DNA from: Malacoraja senta
Lineage: Eukaryota
Length of the DNA: 64,000 bases
Assembly (NCBI GenBank): GCA_038087875.1
Contig: CM075987.1
Span: 21,764,001 to 21,828,000, forward strand
Direction of reading: 5' to 3'
Below are positions 36,769 through 51,700 of this stretch, piece by piece. Each line of letters opens with the position of its first letter. The stretch's first letter is position 1. A model generated the notes under the pieces. The model did no database searches. It was not told the DNA's origin and saw only the letters and a program-made list of their open reading frames with translations. Both the position numbers and the translations under genes were made by a program.

Positions 36769-39700
36769 CTATTCGTACAAGAAAAAGAGCATAACATCAC
36801 ATTTCTGCAACTAAGAGAAGACATCCGAGCTATGTATCCGACGGCTCAGTTTAGTTTAGAGATACAGCGCGGAAACAGGCCCATTCAGCTCACCGGGTCT
36901 GCACCGACCAGCGATCCCCACATATTAACACAACCATATACACACTAGGGAACATTTTTACATTTATCAAGCCAATTTACCGACATACCTGTACGTCTTT
37001 GGAGGGTGGGAGGAAACAGAAGATTACAGCTGCAAGCGCTGTAAAGCAGCAACTCTACCGCTGCGCCACCGTGCCGCCCAAATTTATTACAAACAGTTCA
37101 GCAGAAACATGTTTGATTTTCTACATTTGATTTATTACCCATCAATGAAAAAAATTTCAAAATTAAACTTCGGAATAAAAATATATAAACAAAACAAAAA
37201 CTGTGCCTATCACACATTCTCAGTGTCGATACATTCAATGGTGTCATATTCAGAGGTGTTTGTACCCATCTTTAAAACAAAACACCCTTGCCATTCCTGT
37301 AGCCCCCTAGGGTGATATCCCTTCCCTTGCTTATGGGGTGTCGACACCAGACTCTGCCCCTCAATGTCTGGCTGGGGTGATAAGTGAAAGCAAACTTTAA
37401 AGATCAACTGTTAAAACTATTTCTTTTAAACTCAATCCTAAATGATTAGTAAGGGCATCAAAGGTTACAGCGATGAGGCAGGAGAATGGGGCTGAGGGGG
37501 GGGGGAAATAGATATGCTATGATTGAAAGGTAGAGCAGACTTGGGCCTCCTCCATTGCCAATATAAGGCCAAATGCAAACTGGAGGAACAAATTCTGCTT
37601 GTGTTTTATGGCCTTATATTCAATCTCTTATCCTGATAAGGTTAAGGATTGGGCCATAAAAAACATTTTATTGATTTTTGATTTCACTAGTTCAGGTTGA
37701 GTTACATAATTATATAGCACAGGAAGCAACCATTTGACCAAATATTCTATTTTATTTTAAATGCCACACTGATCTTTTATAAATTAGTTTCAATAAGGCC
37801 ATCAGCATTACTTCCTATTCTTCAGGGATTACCATAGGGCATCTGGTATCTTGTACAAGGGGGCATTCACTAGTTCATCGTCACAACCACACTAAATAGT
37901 GTCCTCATTCAACCTTCACACACACAATGGTGGCAGGAGTTACCAGATAATCAGGCAAAGTGGCAAAAATTCTTATTTGCCAATTTGGAGACATGACCAA
38001 ATGCATCTATTATTCAAATCATCAATTATTCAATGGAATTAGAAAGCAAGGTGTATGGTTGGACATCAGAAAAATTAAAAAGTATTGGAGATTTTAAAAA
38101 AATATCGTATTTAAATCCCTTTCCCATTCCGACTTTTCTGTCCTGGGCCTCCTCCATTGCCAATATAAGGCCAAATGCAAACTGGAGGAACAGCACTTCA
38201 TATTCCGCTTGGGTAGCTTACGAACAAACGGTATGAAGATTGAATTCTCCAATTTTAAGTAACTACTAACCTAACCCCTCACCCCTTTCTCCTCCCCCCA
38301 TGTCCCACCTGGACTTGAACCCCCACCCACATCCCATCCTCTGGCTTCACAATTTGCATTTTTTCTCTGGCCTTAATGCAATCATCTGCATATCAAACCA
38401 CCCCCTCCTCACCCATATCCACCTATCACATACCAGTTTTTGTCCTTCCCCTCTTCTCTTCCAGCTTTCTTCCCCCCACCATAGTTAGTCTGACGAATGG
38501 TCCCAACCCAAAATGTTACCTATCCATGTTTTCCAGAGATGCCCCAGAGATTACTCCAACAATTTGCACCTTTATTATAGGCCAGCATCTGCAGTTTCTT
38601 GTTTCTCTCTATTCCAGCTTTCTCTCTACTACTCCAAAGGGTCCCAAACCAAAACATTGCCTATCCATTCCCTTCAAAGTTGCTGCCTGACCCAGCATTT
38701 CTCATTTTACTTAAGATTCCAGCATCTGCAGTTTGTTGTGTCTTCAATCATATTTTACAAGAGTCGCATTAAGTTAATTTAATGAACTTACTTTTCCTGT
38801 GCAGACTGATCGTTATTCTCTGCTGCAGACATTTTCTCTGGAGGTCCCGTTCTCTCCAACTTGCTGTAAAGTTCCAAGATTTCAGTCTGTAGAGTTTGTG
38901 TTATCCGTTTCTGAGCTTCGTAACGGCTTTCTGCTGCTTGTAGCTCTTCACTGAAAGAAATACAGATGGAATAGATCTTTGTAAAAGACTGTGAAGGTGC
39001 TCAGGCATCTCAAAAACCTGCCCACCTGCTACAAAATCTGAAGGACACATTTCAAATCCTTCAGAATGCCATTGGTGCGAAGTAGTAATTCAAATGAACA
39101 AATACACCACTGTGGTGCGAAACCGTACCAAGATCTTGGACATGCACTGCACCATCATACCTAGCCATATTTTTTACATTCTCCAGGTATTTTTTTTGCT
39201 CCATTAAAAGATGCTCTTTCTTATTCAGCTGGCTTTCGAGTTCCATGATGCGCCGTTGTGATGCCTCCATCCGCTGGACTTGCTGCTGGATGCGGTTCCT
39301 CATTTTCTCCTTCTCTCGAATTAAAGTGGCTTGAACCATCTCTGTCTCTGCTGCCTGAACAAAATGACAAAGGCGTGGTGGGGAGAGGGGGAAGGAATAA
39401 AAAGGAAAGGATCTTCCATGAATAGTAGCAAATTGTATTCCAGGTAACAGTCTGATATACATTTTATGTTCCGATTGTTTATAACATCAAGTTATACTTT
39501 TCATTCGTCTGCTAGGGTGTTTAATATTTCACCTGACGAAGTACACCTCTCAGAAAGGTACGCATATTTACAATAGAAGCTTTGGAACTTCGGTTGGCCA
39601 GAAAGACACATGTATGCGCAAATAAAACTATGCAAGAACTGAACACAGTGTCCAAGAAAGGAAATTAATGAGGTCAAAAAATACTGAAAACACTCAGCTC

Positions 39701-42700
39701 GTCAAACAGCATCTGTTGTGGAAGAGAATGAATTATTGGTTCACGTTGATGAGCTGGCTTCGGAATGGCATATATATATATTTAGGATTACTGATGAAAG
39801 ATCATGTGTTTTTCTCTCTCCATGAACTGCCTGACCTGCAGTATTTTCTATTTTATCTCTGACTTCCCAGATCTGCAATACTTTCAAAATGGGCACTGGT
39901 CTTAATATTAAGGTACTACATAATTAGCAAGTAACAAAGATAAATGTCCCAAAGCACTACATAAAAGCTCATCTGACAAAATGTGATAGTCACCAGGAAA
40001 TTGTGACAGATGAATAAAAGCTTGATCAGAGCGCTGGAGAGCTGTCGGCCCACTGAATACATGCTAAACATCAACTCCACATTTACATGAATCCTTTTTT
40101 TTTTTTAAAGGGAATGCCTTACTTGGAAGCTGTGCAGCCTAAGCCCAAGTACAAATGGAATCAGGGATGAAAGGGTGGACTAGGTTGGTCAGGCAGACAT
40201 CAGAAGGTTGAGGGGTAGAGATGGGTAAATGGATAGGGGAGAGCCACTGGATGGTATAAAAAAAAGAAAATGTTTGAAAAATAAAAATGTACCAACGCCA
40301 CCATGCTTTGCACAGTTTGGTTTCCCTGATGCACAAGGCTTGACAGACTAATTAACAAGGATCTTCAAATCTTTTTTTTTTTTACATACTACTGCTACAG
40401 ATTTGGCCAATTTCTCCTGCGATTTCTCAGTTCAAAGAACTGCTGAACACGGGTATGTTTGTACAGTTTCCGCAACACACACAATCAAATTCCAATAAAG
40501 GTATGCCAAAAATCTTACCTTAGCCGAACCCATCTGAGAGTGTAGCAATTTCTCCATGTGCAATTCATTCACTTCACTCAGAAGCAGGAGCTGTTTATTC
40601 AGCCACTCCATTTGTTGCTGCACAGACTGGGTACTAGTAAACTAGGAATAATACAACAGGGATGATCAGCATTTCAGTGGGAACAATGGCATGGAGGGGA
40701 GGGTTAGGGAAGAAATTGAATTGAATGAATTGAATGCTATTTATTGTCATTCAAGCCTAGGCTTGAACAAAATATCATTCCTAGTTTTTTTACATCACAA
40801 AAAAAACCAAGACCCACACTTAACACAGTTTACATAAACATCCATCACAGTGAGTCTCCAACACCTCCTCACTGTGATGGAAGGCAAAGTCTTATCTCAC
40901 AAATGGTGTTGTACAAAGGATGATGGGTGGGGGTGGGGAGGGAGGGAAATCAACAGTTGGACTTTAGTTCCCCTGCTGCCAAAACACTGAGTGCACTGGG
41001 CATCAACGGAGTGGCGATGAGAAAGCCATCAAGAACACCACAGAGGCAGCGGAGAAGGCCTCGAGATGGCTCTGGATCAGGAGAGAAGGTCCATGGGGAG
41101 GAGCGAATGCCACCTGAACACAAGTCGTGGTCTGATCAACCACGGCTGGGTCGCCTGGGTGAGGATGTCTGATGTTGAAAGACCCGAAACACCCAATGAC
41201 CCCCAGGTTACATCACTGATGAGGTGTTCAGGAGCATCAATAGACGTATTTGTATAAAATAAAATGAGCACCACCACCTACAGCACTAAATGAGGCAGTG
41301 ACCAAAGATCCCTGGAGATACACAATTCTCCTCCGCAAAATGGGAATTTGAATGGAGACGGGAATGGGAGAGCCAGAGTGGATTTGGAGGATTAACAAAA
41401 CTGATACCTTGCTTTAAGTTAATGACCGTATAAAACCAATTATTAGTGATCACCTTAAACACAAAATACTTGATATAGGTATACTACTGTCAAATGCACT
41501 GCGATATAGTGAAAAGTGTTTGTGTGCTATCCAGTCAAATCAAATCATACTATACATGAGTACAATCAGCCCATAGACAAGTACAATAGGCAGTGCAAGG
41601 AGAAAAATACCAGTGTGCAGAATATATGTTACAGTATTATTATATAAAGTGCAGGAACTGAAATGAGGTGAGCTGGAAGATTGAAACTACACACTGGATT
41701 ATAGGAGGATGATCCAAGTGGTCTGATAGCAGTGGGGAACAAGCTGTTACTGAATCTGGTGGTACGTGCTTTAATGCTTATATTTATGTAAACATGGTGT
41801 GTTTAAGTTACTGGCAGCCAGACCTCTGGACCATTCAATATTTAAAAGTAATAAATAAAACTGGAATTAAAGTTAATCCTCGTCATGGTAACCACGAACA
41901 TACTTGTCATAAAAATTAAGAAAAATCAGAAGATCTTCAGTTTCTACCCATGCTGACCCACCAATAAGGCAGGCTCCAAATGACAAGAGACAATTAGGGA
42001 TGGACAATAAATGCTAGCATTACTAATGACGTTCATTCACAGGATGTGGGCAAGTAAAAGCAGCAATAGCAGCACTTGGAATTTATTTTTCATTCAAATT
42101 CACTATGGTTTCCTGTTTCACATATTTTCAGCATTCAAATTGCTCAACTCAGAAGCAAATCAGCAGAAATCAACTTGGGGAGTTGCAAGTTAGAGGTTAC
42201 AAGTTTGTGGTGAAAGGGGGCAAATATAAAAGCGATAGATATTTCCACACAGAGCGGTGAATATCTGGAAAGGACTGTCAGAGGAAGTTGTTTACAGGGC
42301 TTTTTGACAGGTTCTTAGAAAGGTGTAGAGTCGGGCAAAATGTAGGCAAATGAAATTAGCACATATAAACTATTATTATTATTATTGAACTACTATTGTT
42401 TTTTTGTGTGCATGTATGTGTGTGTACTTGTGAGTATGTGTGTATACACACACTGAACTTTTTTTCCTCTCGCTTATTATATTGTTTACAGTGTACTATG
42501 TTTACGTATTCTGTTGTGCTGCAGCAAGTAAGAATTTCATTGTTCTATCCGGGACATATGACAATAAAACACTCTTGACTCTTGGTGTTGCCTGCCTAGG
42601 CTTTCTGTGCTGGATGATTCTATGAAATAGTTTTGAGTTCAGGTAATAGGATTGTTTACTAAAACACCCACATCAGTTCAGCAAGTATTTTGATTTCTAT

Positions 42701-45700
42701 CCCAAATAATTTACAGCAAGCTTAGTACTTTTGAAGTCCATATTCCATCAGAAGCAATGGCATTCGATACGCACAAACAATATGGTAAGGTTGGCTTATT
42801 GGCTTGGTAATAAATGCTGGCCTGGATATCTGGGAGAACTGGCCTGTTTTCCTCTTGGAGGAAAGGGCTCACTATGTTTACTACCTCTGAAAATTAGCAC
42901 ATCAGGTGGCACTCCCTCAGCATTGTTCTGGAATGCTACACCGTTGTGCACTCAAGCTTCTTAAGGAGACATAAACCAACATCTTTAACTCAAACGACAG
43001 CACTCCCACCAGGCCACAACCAAAAGCGGGATCTAATTAGGTCTTCCTTCCTTATCTGCAAAAGATCCAAATGAAGTTTTCAGTCAAAAGGAAGCGGCAC
43101 TAATTGTGTAGAAACTTGGAGAAAATGGCAGCAATTCGGAAAAGCAGTGAGGGGAATAGAATATCACTCTAATATTGGACAGGCACATGCAGCGAGGTTG
43201 ATAATAATAAGTTTTACACAATCTAACCATTGCTGTACTTATGTTGGATGTGTTTTATCAGATAGCAAAAAGAGTCTTGTTCTGTATCTAAATCATGATG
43301 TACATGATCTTCATTCAGTGGGAAACTAAATGAGATTGAATGAAATTCGTGTTTGTTCGTTGACTATGGCCAAATGCAAGAAAATATTGGGAATGTAATT
43401 ACCGCAAGCCCCAAGAGCAGAATGAGGCTTGGGCTAATTACATTCACAATATTTCTATTAGGTAGACTGTCACATTCCTTACCTTCTCAGTCATCTGGTT
43501 CAATAGATATGCTGTGTTGCATGCTTTGTTATTGGCTTTCTGTAGCTCCAGCTTCAATTCTCCGATCATCTTCTGACAATCTTGCAGTTTATTCTGACAA
43601 TGGAAATGATACGAAAGTTGAGATACTCAAATCTCAAGGTACAATGAGGACTAAGCAATGACCCTAGATCGCCATTACTGCCCTGAAAGCATTCCTTCCA
43701 CAATAGGGAATGTGCAATGTGTAACATTGTGGCCTCTGTCCTACTTAAGTCTTCCAAATATCCAAATATTTAACAGAAATTACATTTCAACCAAGCAGCT
43801 CAGCAACAAATACTTCTTAATAGTTTAATGAACTCTATTCACATTACAAAAATGACCATTTGACTAAACACACAGTGCTTTCAACTAAACAAAGAGTTTT
43901 ATTTGCCCTTTGTAAAGTTACTTTGAATCTATTTCCATTTACTCTTTTGCCATATATGAAGTTCATCTTTTTATATGCATTAAATTTGTAACTTTTGTGT
44001 ATCGCCTTCCAATGAAAAGGTCACCTTCACAAAACCATTTATTATCATTAACTCTCAATAAAACTACATTCAAAATGTTGATTTACTTTTTTTTAAATAA
44101 AAATTGTATGATTTAGCCTCAACTGCTTTTGCTGAATGTCCTCCTTCCATCCCTCCCCATACATCCTCAACCTTGGGAAACAAGTATTCGAGCAGACAGT
44201 TGAACTCCAAGAACATAAGATTTAAACATTCACTGCATTGGTCTGAAGTATCTACCATATTGATTTTTCAGAGCTTTTAAATGCATAAACCAGTTCTCAG
44301 CATTGTTGTCATTGGACTTAAAATACCATCCAAGTTCGGAAACCATTCCTTCATTCCCACCGGATTGAAATCCTAAAACTCCCTACTCAACATCACTGTG
44401 GCAATATCACCACACAACCTACAGTGGCTCATGAGAGCTGATCATCACCTTTTCAATGTTAAGCAGGGATAATAAAAAATGTTGACCTTGATCCTTGATA
44501 TCAAGGTTAACATCTTATAAATATAATTGGAATCAGAGTAACAGAAATCCTACCATAAAAATTAGATTCAATGGAATTTTATTGGTTAGTAAAGACTCAT
44601 TGAGTTAGTTTACTGCAATACACATGAAAAGGTGAATTATGTATCAATACCAAGTCTGTGTGCTGGAATTTAACAGGCATAATTATTTTCATCATCTGAT
44701 TCCATCCTGACATTTGGGGATGTGCCTGCTTTATCTTATTTTCTTGGACTTTAACTGTCTGCTCAAAGACTTCCTTCCCAAGGTTGAGGATGTATGGGGC
44801 GGGATTAATCCAATTGCAACACAGGTTCCAGCCAGTCTTTACCTGTAGCTCCTGACAACTGGCACGATAGTCATCGCGTCCCTTCTGGAGCTCTGCAATC
44901 TGGCTGTTGAGATGTAGAATGATGGAATCTTTCTCCTTCTTCAGCTGCTGATACTTATCCTGTTCGACAATCAAACTGTGCTTGAGAGATCCGATATCCA
45001 ATTCTTGGAGCTTTAGCTGGTCCTTCTGTGCATCAGGGTTGGCAAAAAAGAGGAACGGAGGCTCAGTCGCAACAGTCAGAAAATAAACTTCACTATTATC
45101 CGCAGAGGGAAGCAGAATAAAGTATGCTGCTCAAACCTCCCCCCACATCACTGTTGTTTGAACAAAGACCTTAAACCATCAGTTGCAATTGTCCCATCCA
45201 GGTTTGGTTGATTTTTTTTGTTACTGCAGTTCCATAAAGGCTCTGGTCGCCCTTTCCCCCAAGTGCCTTTAAAAGTTTTAACCAAGACTGAATACTTAGT
45301 TTATCTGAATTTTGCAGGGCTGTGTGATGGAGGAAGAATGACAGAGCGCCGCAATCACGTTAGTGAGTATTACTGAACGGTCGAGAGCATAAATGATGAG
45401 TTGTATTTCCAAAACAAAACCTAACAGATACTAATGTGAATCTTGCTAGGTGACAACTTTTTGCTCGATGGATTCTATTATCTTTTATATTAACATAATT
45501 TACAATATTTGTGTGAAAGATTCCATAAACAGCAAATGACTGTGAATTAAATGTTGATTTTAGAAGAAAATTGATAGAAGTGGGAGAACATCTAGGATGC
45601 TCTGATCTCTTATATTGAGTTTAGTGGACAGTTTGCATAGCAGCTGGTACTATTGCCTCACAGCTTCAGACTTGGCCTTGGGTGCTACTTCTGCAGAGTT

Positions 45701-48700
45701 TACACATTCTCTCCAATGGCTGCATATGGTTTACTCCAAGTGCTCTGGTTTCCAACCACGTACCACAGATGTATTGGTATGTTAGATATTTACAGCAATG
45801 GGGTGGGAGATTGCAACCTTCACGGGGTCCACCCTTTTTCCATTAATGCAATCAACCCGACGTGCACAAACAAAAAAATCAAATAGAACAAGTTGACCTC
45901 CAACTTTAGGCTGTGCACACCATACGCAAGAACATTTACAGCATTTACCCCCTAGGGAATAATCAAAGTGGAGTTGGTGGGCATGAGTGAGAGAATAAGT
46001 TTCAGAGGTACTGGAAAATAACCAGAGAAGGAGTGGGACCAATGGAACTGCTCCCTCAGAGCCAACATGGACCCAATAGGCTGAATGGCCTCCTTCCATG
46101 TAAACATTTAAGAGGTTTGAAAATACCTTTCAGGTTGACTGTGCAAACAATCAAATGGAGGAGAAAAGTATAAAAAAGGAAAAGCAAAAGTTATAACTTA
46201 ACTTTCTTGCATATTTAATGCATAAAGGAGACGTTTTTGAAACACGAGCTATGTAGCTAGATAGTTTTAAAACCTCACCATGGCTAAATTTTGTTCCTCC
46301 AGTGCAGTTGCCTTGAGAATTTTGCGCAGCAAACGACGATTCCGAACAGCATGTTGTTCTCGCTTGTAACGTTCATAAAGTAATTGGTTGTGCAGTAGAA
46401 GGAGTTGATTCCTCAGAGTGTGCAGCTCATCCATGGGAGCAGAACCTGAGATCAAAAGAATTACTTTATTAAAAAAAATAAAAGCTACAACTGGCTTTGA
46501 AAGGACTGTTGCCAAGCTACATCAATGACTATTGCATCTGGCTTTATGCGTCACCCACCCCCTAAACAAGAACCAATTGCTGCTGTAAACAATTTGCACT
46601 CACACAGCATCCTTTGCATGGTTAAAAAGAGATTGTCGGTGCGATGGAATGTAGAATAAAAATGTTAAATATCGAGTCATAAATTTACAACAGGTGAGAC
46701 AGCTGAAGGAACATTTGCCATTGGTGAAGTAACTAAAATAGGGATTTCACGTGACCAAAATTGAATGAGTTGATTAGAAAGAGTGTGTAGCTCATTTGTG
46801 GTGGCAGAACCCAGGATCAATAGTACAGATGTTTGACGAAAAGCAGGAGGTATGTAGAATGAACCAAGGAGAAATTGGAACACAGGGCCAATTTTTTTTT
46901 TTTAAAGTTGCCAAAAACAGGAACCAAGGGGCAAGCAAGCAAAATGAATGACAGTGGTCAACAGAACTGGATGAAAGTTAGAATACAGACCCGTGGTGGT
47001 GGTGGGAGGGCCGGGGGGGCGGGGGGGAGTGGTGAAGAGAGACGAAGGAGGGACCAACAACATTTTAGGGTACTTTGTAACTTTGTCTGCACCTTGTGGA
47101 GACTCTTTTGTGTACTGTCTATGCAAAAACAAAAACAAAAATCACTGTACCTTCACGATACACGTGACAATAAAGTATCTGTCTAGATTGCAGAATTTTA
47201 TAGAAATTCAGGTTCAGCGCAAGATCAGAGGCAAGGAATAGTTCAATTGGGAAGCAACAAAAACACTGGCAATGTATGCAGGGGTAAACCTAAAAAAAGA
47301 GAAATCTGCAAAGAAAAACACATCCAAGGCTACCTATTTATTGTAAAGCAATTAAAAAGTAGCATGTATCAAGAAACGATGAGCATAATGTTGTACATTT
47401 ATGTCCAATTGTAATGTATCTGATTGACAGAACCACTTGCATTAAACTACAGCTCATACCCAATGCTGCATCATTTGTAGGTTTGTTTCTCAGCTTCACT
47501 CACGGTAATTGGAGAGGTATCATTAATATGTAGCACATACCTCCAAAGTGAGTCCAGTCTGCAGATTTGCTGGGCAGAGGCAATCTAAAATTGATACACG
47601 AAAGCAACAGTAAGAAATTGATATCAAACAATACTAGTTAATCATTTTACCAATTAACTGTTATCAATTTGTGCAAAGTTGTTACAATGACAGTGAAATA
47701 ATATCAATTATGAACTGCATGTTTCCACTTGAACAGTGAAATAAGGCAAATTAATCCATTTTGCCAAGTTTCAGAATCTCATGCCCTTTTTCTTCATATA
47801 TCCATCTTACCATCTTAGTGGAGCTTCTCCTCAGAAATTAGATCATCATTGTAAATATGATTGCACCCAAATCAGAAGGTCCTCAGTGGCTGAATATTTC
47901 ATTCACATCGCATTAGAGCGCACAAGAAGAATGATTTGAGTTATATTAATAGGTTGCTTCAGTGTAGAACCAAATCTCATCAAGAGTCAGTAGATCAACA
48001 GGAAAAGGGAAAGGGAATACATACAACGTTGTACAAATGATTACCTGTGATTAATTGGATAGTGAAAGCAGGAGCCAGTTGGGCTTGGATTACATTGGCC
48101 ATGCAGAGGAATGCAGTTCAAACCCCTTGGTAGCCAACGTCTTGGCCAAGGGCAAAACTCTCAGCTAACATTTCACTACAATACTGAAGGCTGGCGTGTT
48201 TATGAAGTCAAAAAGGAGGCCTGATAATCCACACAGCAAATTTACACTAATATCTCCAACAACCCTAAACAAAATGCCACATCTTATTTCCTGACGTTTC
48301 TTTCTGTGGATAAATTATTGGGAAACTTGGTTGCAAAGAGAACAATTCTAAAATAATTCACTAGATTGATTTCACCATCAAAAAAGGGGCAATTCAGCTT
48401 TTCATAAAAAAAAGAAATACATCAGCAAAGACTTCTACACATGTAGACAGCTGAAGCAAAGAATTTAGATACATTTAATAAGTGCTATCTCGAAATAAAA
48501 ATGCAAGTCAAATTAAAAACAAAGATTAGACATAAAATGCTGAAGTAAATCAGCAGGACAGGCAGCATCTCTGGAGAAAAGGAGATGCTTTATGATCTCC
48601 ATAGATCACGGAGATAACTCCAGAGATGCTGTCTGTCACGCTGAGTTACTCCAGTATTTTGTGTCTATCTTTGGTTTAAACCAGCATCTGCAGTTCCTTC

Positions 48701-51700
48701 ATACATATTAAAAACAAACATAGTTGGTCAAAGTTTGGTGTGTACAACGGCCCAAAACTAAATGATGTTTTGAGGATTCTGCCCTAAATTAACCAACCAA
48801 ACTTAAACTTAAAAGCAGCTTCCGATTCCATCAGAGGCAATTCCATTTTGTTCTGGATAAAAAGTAAATCAACACTGGCTATATAACTAGGCAATAGAAG
48901 AGCTTATTTTTTTATTTCCTCCCACACAAGACCAATTCAAAATTTCAAATACAAAGCAAGGGAAATATTGAAAATTGCAACTGCAAATACAAATTATCAT
49001 GAGGCAAAAAACAAACAAAAAAAAACTGGAGCACATGGATGCAACTTCCATCTTGGGCACCCAGCAGTAGAGGTAAACATTAGCTTGGAGACAACACTAC
49101 TCTAAACATACAACTATGAAGTTACCAATGAAAACACACAGCATTAGATTTGATTATGAAGAGAGTTTTGCATGGGTTACAAATGTCAGGTACCCCAATA
49201 TTGCACTGTAAACACTATAAACATACATTATACAGCACTGCAATTTGCATATGTAGTTATTTTTCCATTGGTTTTAATGCTACACATAAAAAGTTTGATT
49301 AGTTCACATGCTGATATGGTGCACAATTAAAAATAATTGCAAAAACAGAGGGAGAGGGGGAAGAGTCCCCATTGCACCCCAGTAGAGATGGTCGACTGAC
49401 ATTCTCTGGTGCTCTGACATTACAATGAACAATTCTAAAGTGTCTACTGGTAGGAATACCTCTTGATGGCACTGGTTCTCAGAGTTCTAGAAAAATGTTT
49501 ATAAAAAGTACTTGTTTCTAGTATAGGCTGCAAGTGGATAGATATGAAAATGAGGCTGAACATATGCCTGGAATCTGCCTCGTCCCACCTTGGATTTCTG
49601 AATTTACAAAGGATGATACACAAGTTTAATCAACTCTGTTCAATAACTGGTAGTCAACTTCTGTTCTTGTACACGAACAGAGATAGATTGTAAAAGGCAA
49701 TTCTATTCTTCTTTCGGTGCTTTTGGCATTAACATTTGAAGGATGGGTTGGGCAGTGTGGGAGCCAGATCATGAGTATCTGGAGGGACTTCTGTCAAAGT
49801 TTTAGCGCTGCTGCTCTGACAGCAGAAATAAATACTCCAACATTAAATATAGGACAGACAACTATGGTGTGAGTGCAAATGCTAGGAAAGAGAAAAAAAA
49901 ACACTAGTTGCCTGGTCCCGCTGTCATAGACAATTCAATGATTGATTATTTGGATATAATATGCCTGCCCAATAGACCAAACAGCACTCAGTAAAAACTC
50001 AGTGTGTTGAGAGGTGTTATGGTCATTAGCTCTGGTTAAATATGATCCTGAAAACTTCACCTCCATTTCCAATCAGCTAAACTATAAAAAAAAGAAAAAA
50101 TATTTTAAAATTCCCATGTTCAAAGCCAATTAAAAAAGCTAATCAGTTTCCATTCTGCAGCCAAAGTTACGTATAATATGTAACTGAAGAAATCGAGACT
50201 ACCCGATGAATCAGACAAATTAACAAAAGCAAGCACCACGCAAGTTAGAAATGCTTTATTATCAATTATTTATCGGAGTTTAATTGGTGGTTATTAATGA
50301 TATGACTGTAGAATTCTGAACTTACCTGACCAATTTTCTTTGATTGTGGAACTCAGGCTGCACAGGGTAAACTCTAAAATAAACATGGTGGAGGCACTTC
50401 CATCAGTTACCTTGCCCACATTAACAAACAAGACACCTCCTGACATTTCAAGCTGTAATTATGCCAAGCCATCCAAATGACTGCAAGCTGGAGTTTAAGA
50501 CCTGCCCAAATCTACTAACTCTAGTATGAAGCAGTTGGTTCTATGACTGGAATATATGAAAGTAACTGTGGCCCCACCTTAAAATTTAAAGAGTTGAATC
50601 AACAAAGAAAGCTGTGAAATGAAAAATCGACACAGCTTGCAATCATTAACAGTGCCCATACATTTTGCAATCAAATTGGGGAAAGAAAAATCTCAGAACT
50701 AAGGAATACTTTTAGCTTTTTCCACAACACAATAAATGTGTACCCTTATGCAATCAAGTCATTGTACTTATTGAGCACATTCAACAGTACGTTGCGGTAA
50801 TGTTGGTTGAAGGATAAATATTACTCTTTTAAATAATTCTCCGGGATCTTTGAATGTACACAAGAGGGCACGTGGACCCACTTTAATGTTGCACCAGAAA
50901 GGTGGCATTGCCACAGTGGAACAATTCTTCATTACTGTAATGGGAGTCACAGCATTTTTTTTCCGTCTTACCTGCTAAGCTCCTTCACATGTGCATCTCC
51001 TCCTTGCTGAATCAGCTTATCCAGCACATCAAGAGGCGAGATCAATGAAGATGATAGATCCTCCAATTGCTTGCCTGCTAGCTTTTGTAGCTCAGTTGTT
51101 TTCTGCTTGATGAAAAGACTTGCTGCTTTGGGCAAGGCCATTTCAAAGAGGTGTTCATAAGGGAGCGGATGCCCAGTGCCAAGAGGAGGAGGTCTCAATG
51201 CCTGCACCTTAAACAGGGGACTGGGTGTAAAAAGTTCCAATGATATTGATCCAGCTCTGACCATCTCCTGTTTAATGTTTCCCGAACAGTTCTCAGTTGG
51301 TTTCTCAATGGGCATAAACCCCTTTTTGACAGAGCACTGCTCTTGCCTGCGAGGCTCCAGTGCTTTACCAATTGTAGATGACGCTTGGTGGGGCTCAGTG
51401 TGCAATCCCTGCTCAGTGGTAGAATGGGACAATTCTTGCTCACGCTTTGTCTGAGTGCCAGTAAGCATTTCAGTTGTGTGTTGAAAAGGAGAGTCAAATC
51501 CCCCCCGAAAAACCAAGGGCTGCAGATCCAAGGATGTAATTTCAGAAAGCTCATCAGCAATAGCAGCTGTTAAAGATAAAATATACCCTTTATCTACTGT
51601 AACTTTTAGCACAACTTTATTTAAACTATTCTTTCATCCTCCTCTACATAAATGATTTTTTTTTAAAAACATTCATAGTTTTAATTAATCTGCAACAATA

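Noticed and set aside
37210..37407. 65-aa minus-strand ORF in the last TSC1 intron
   Set aside because: No convincing splice sites or hamartin similarity; the flanking exons already join in frame.
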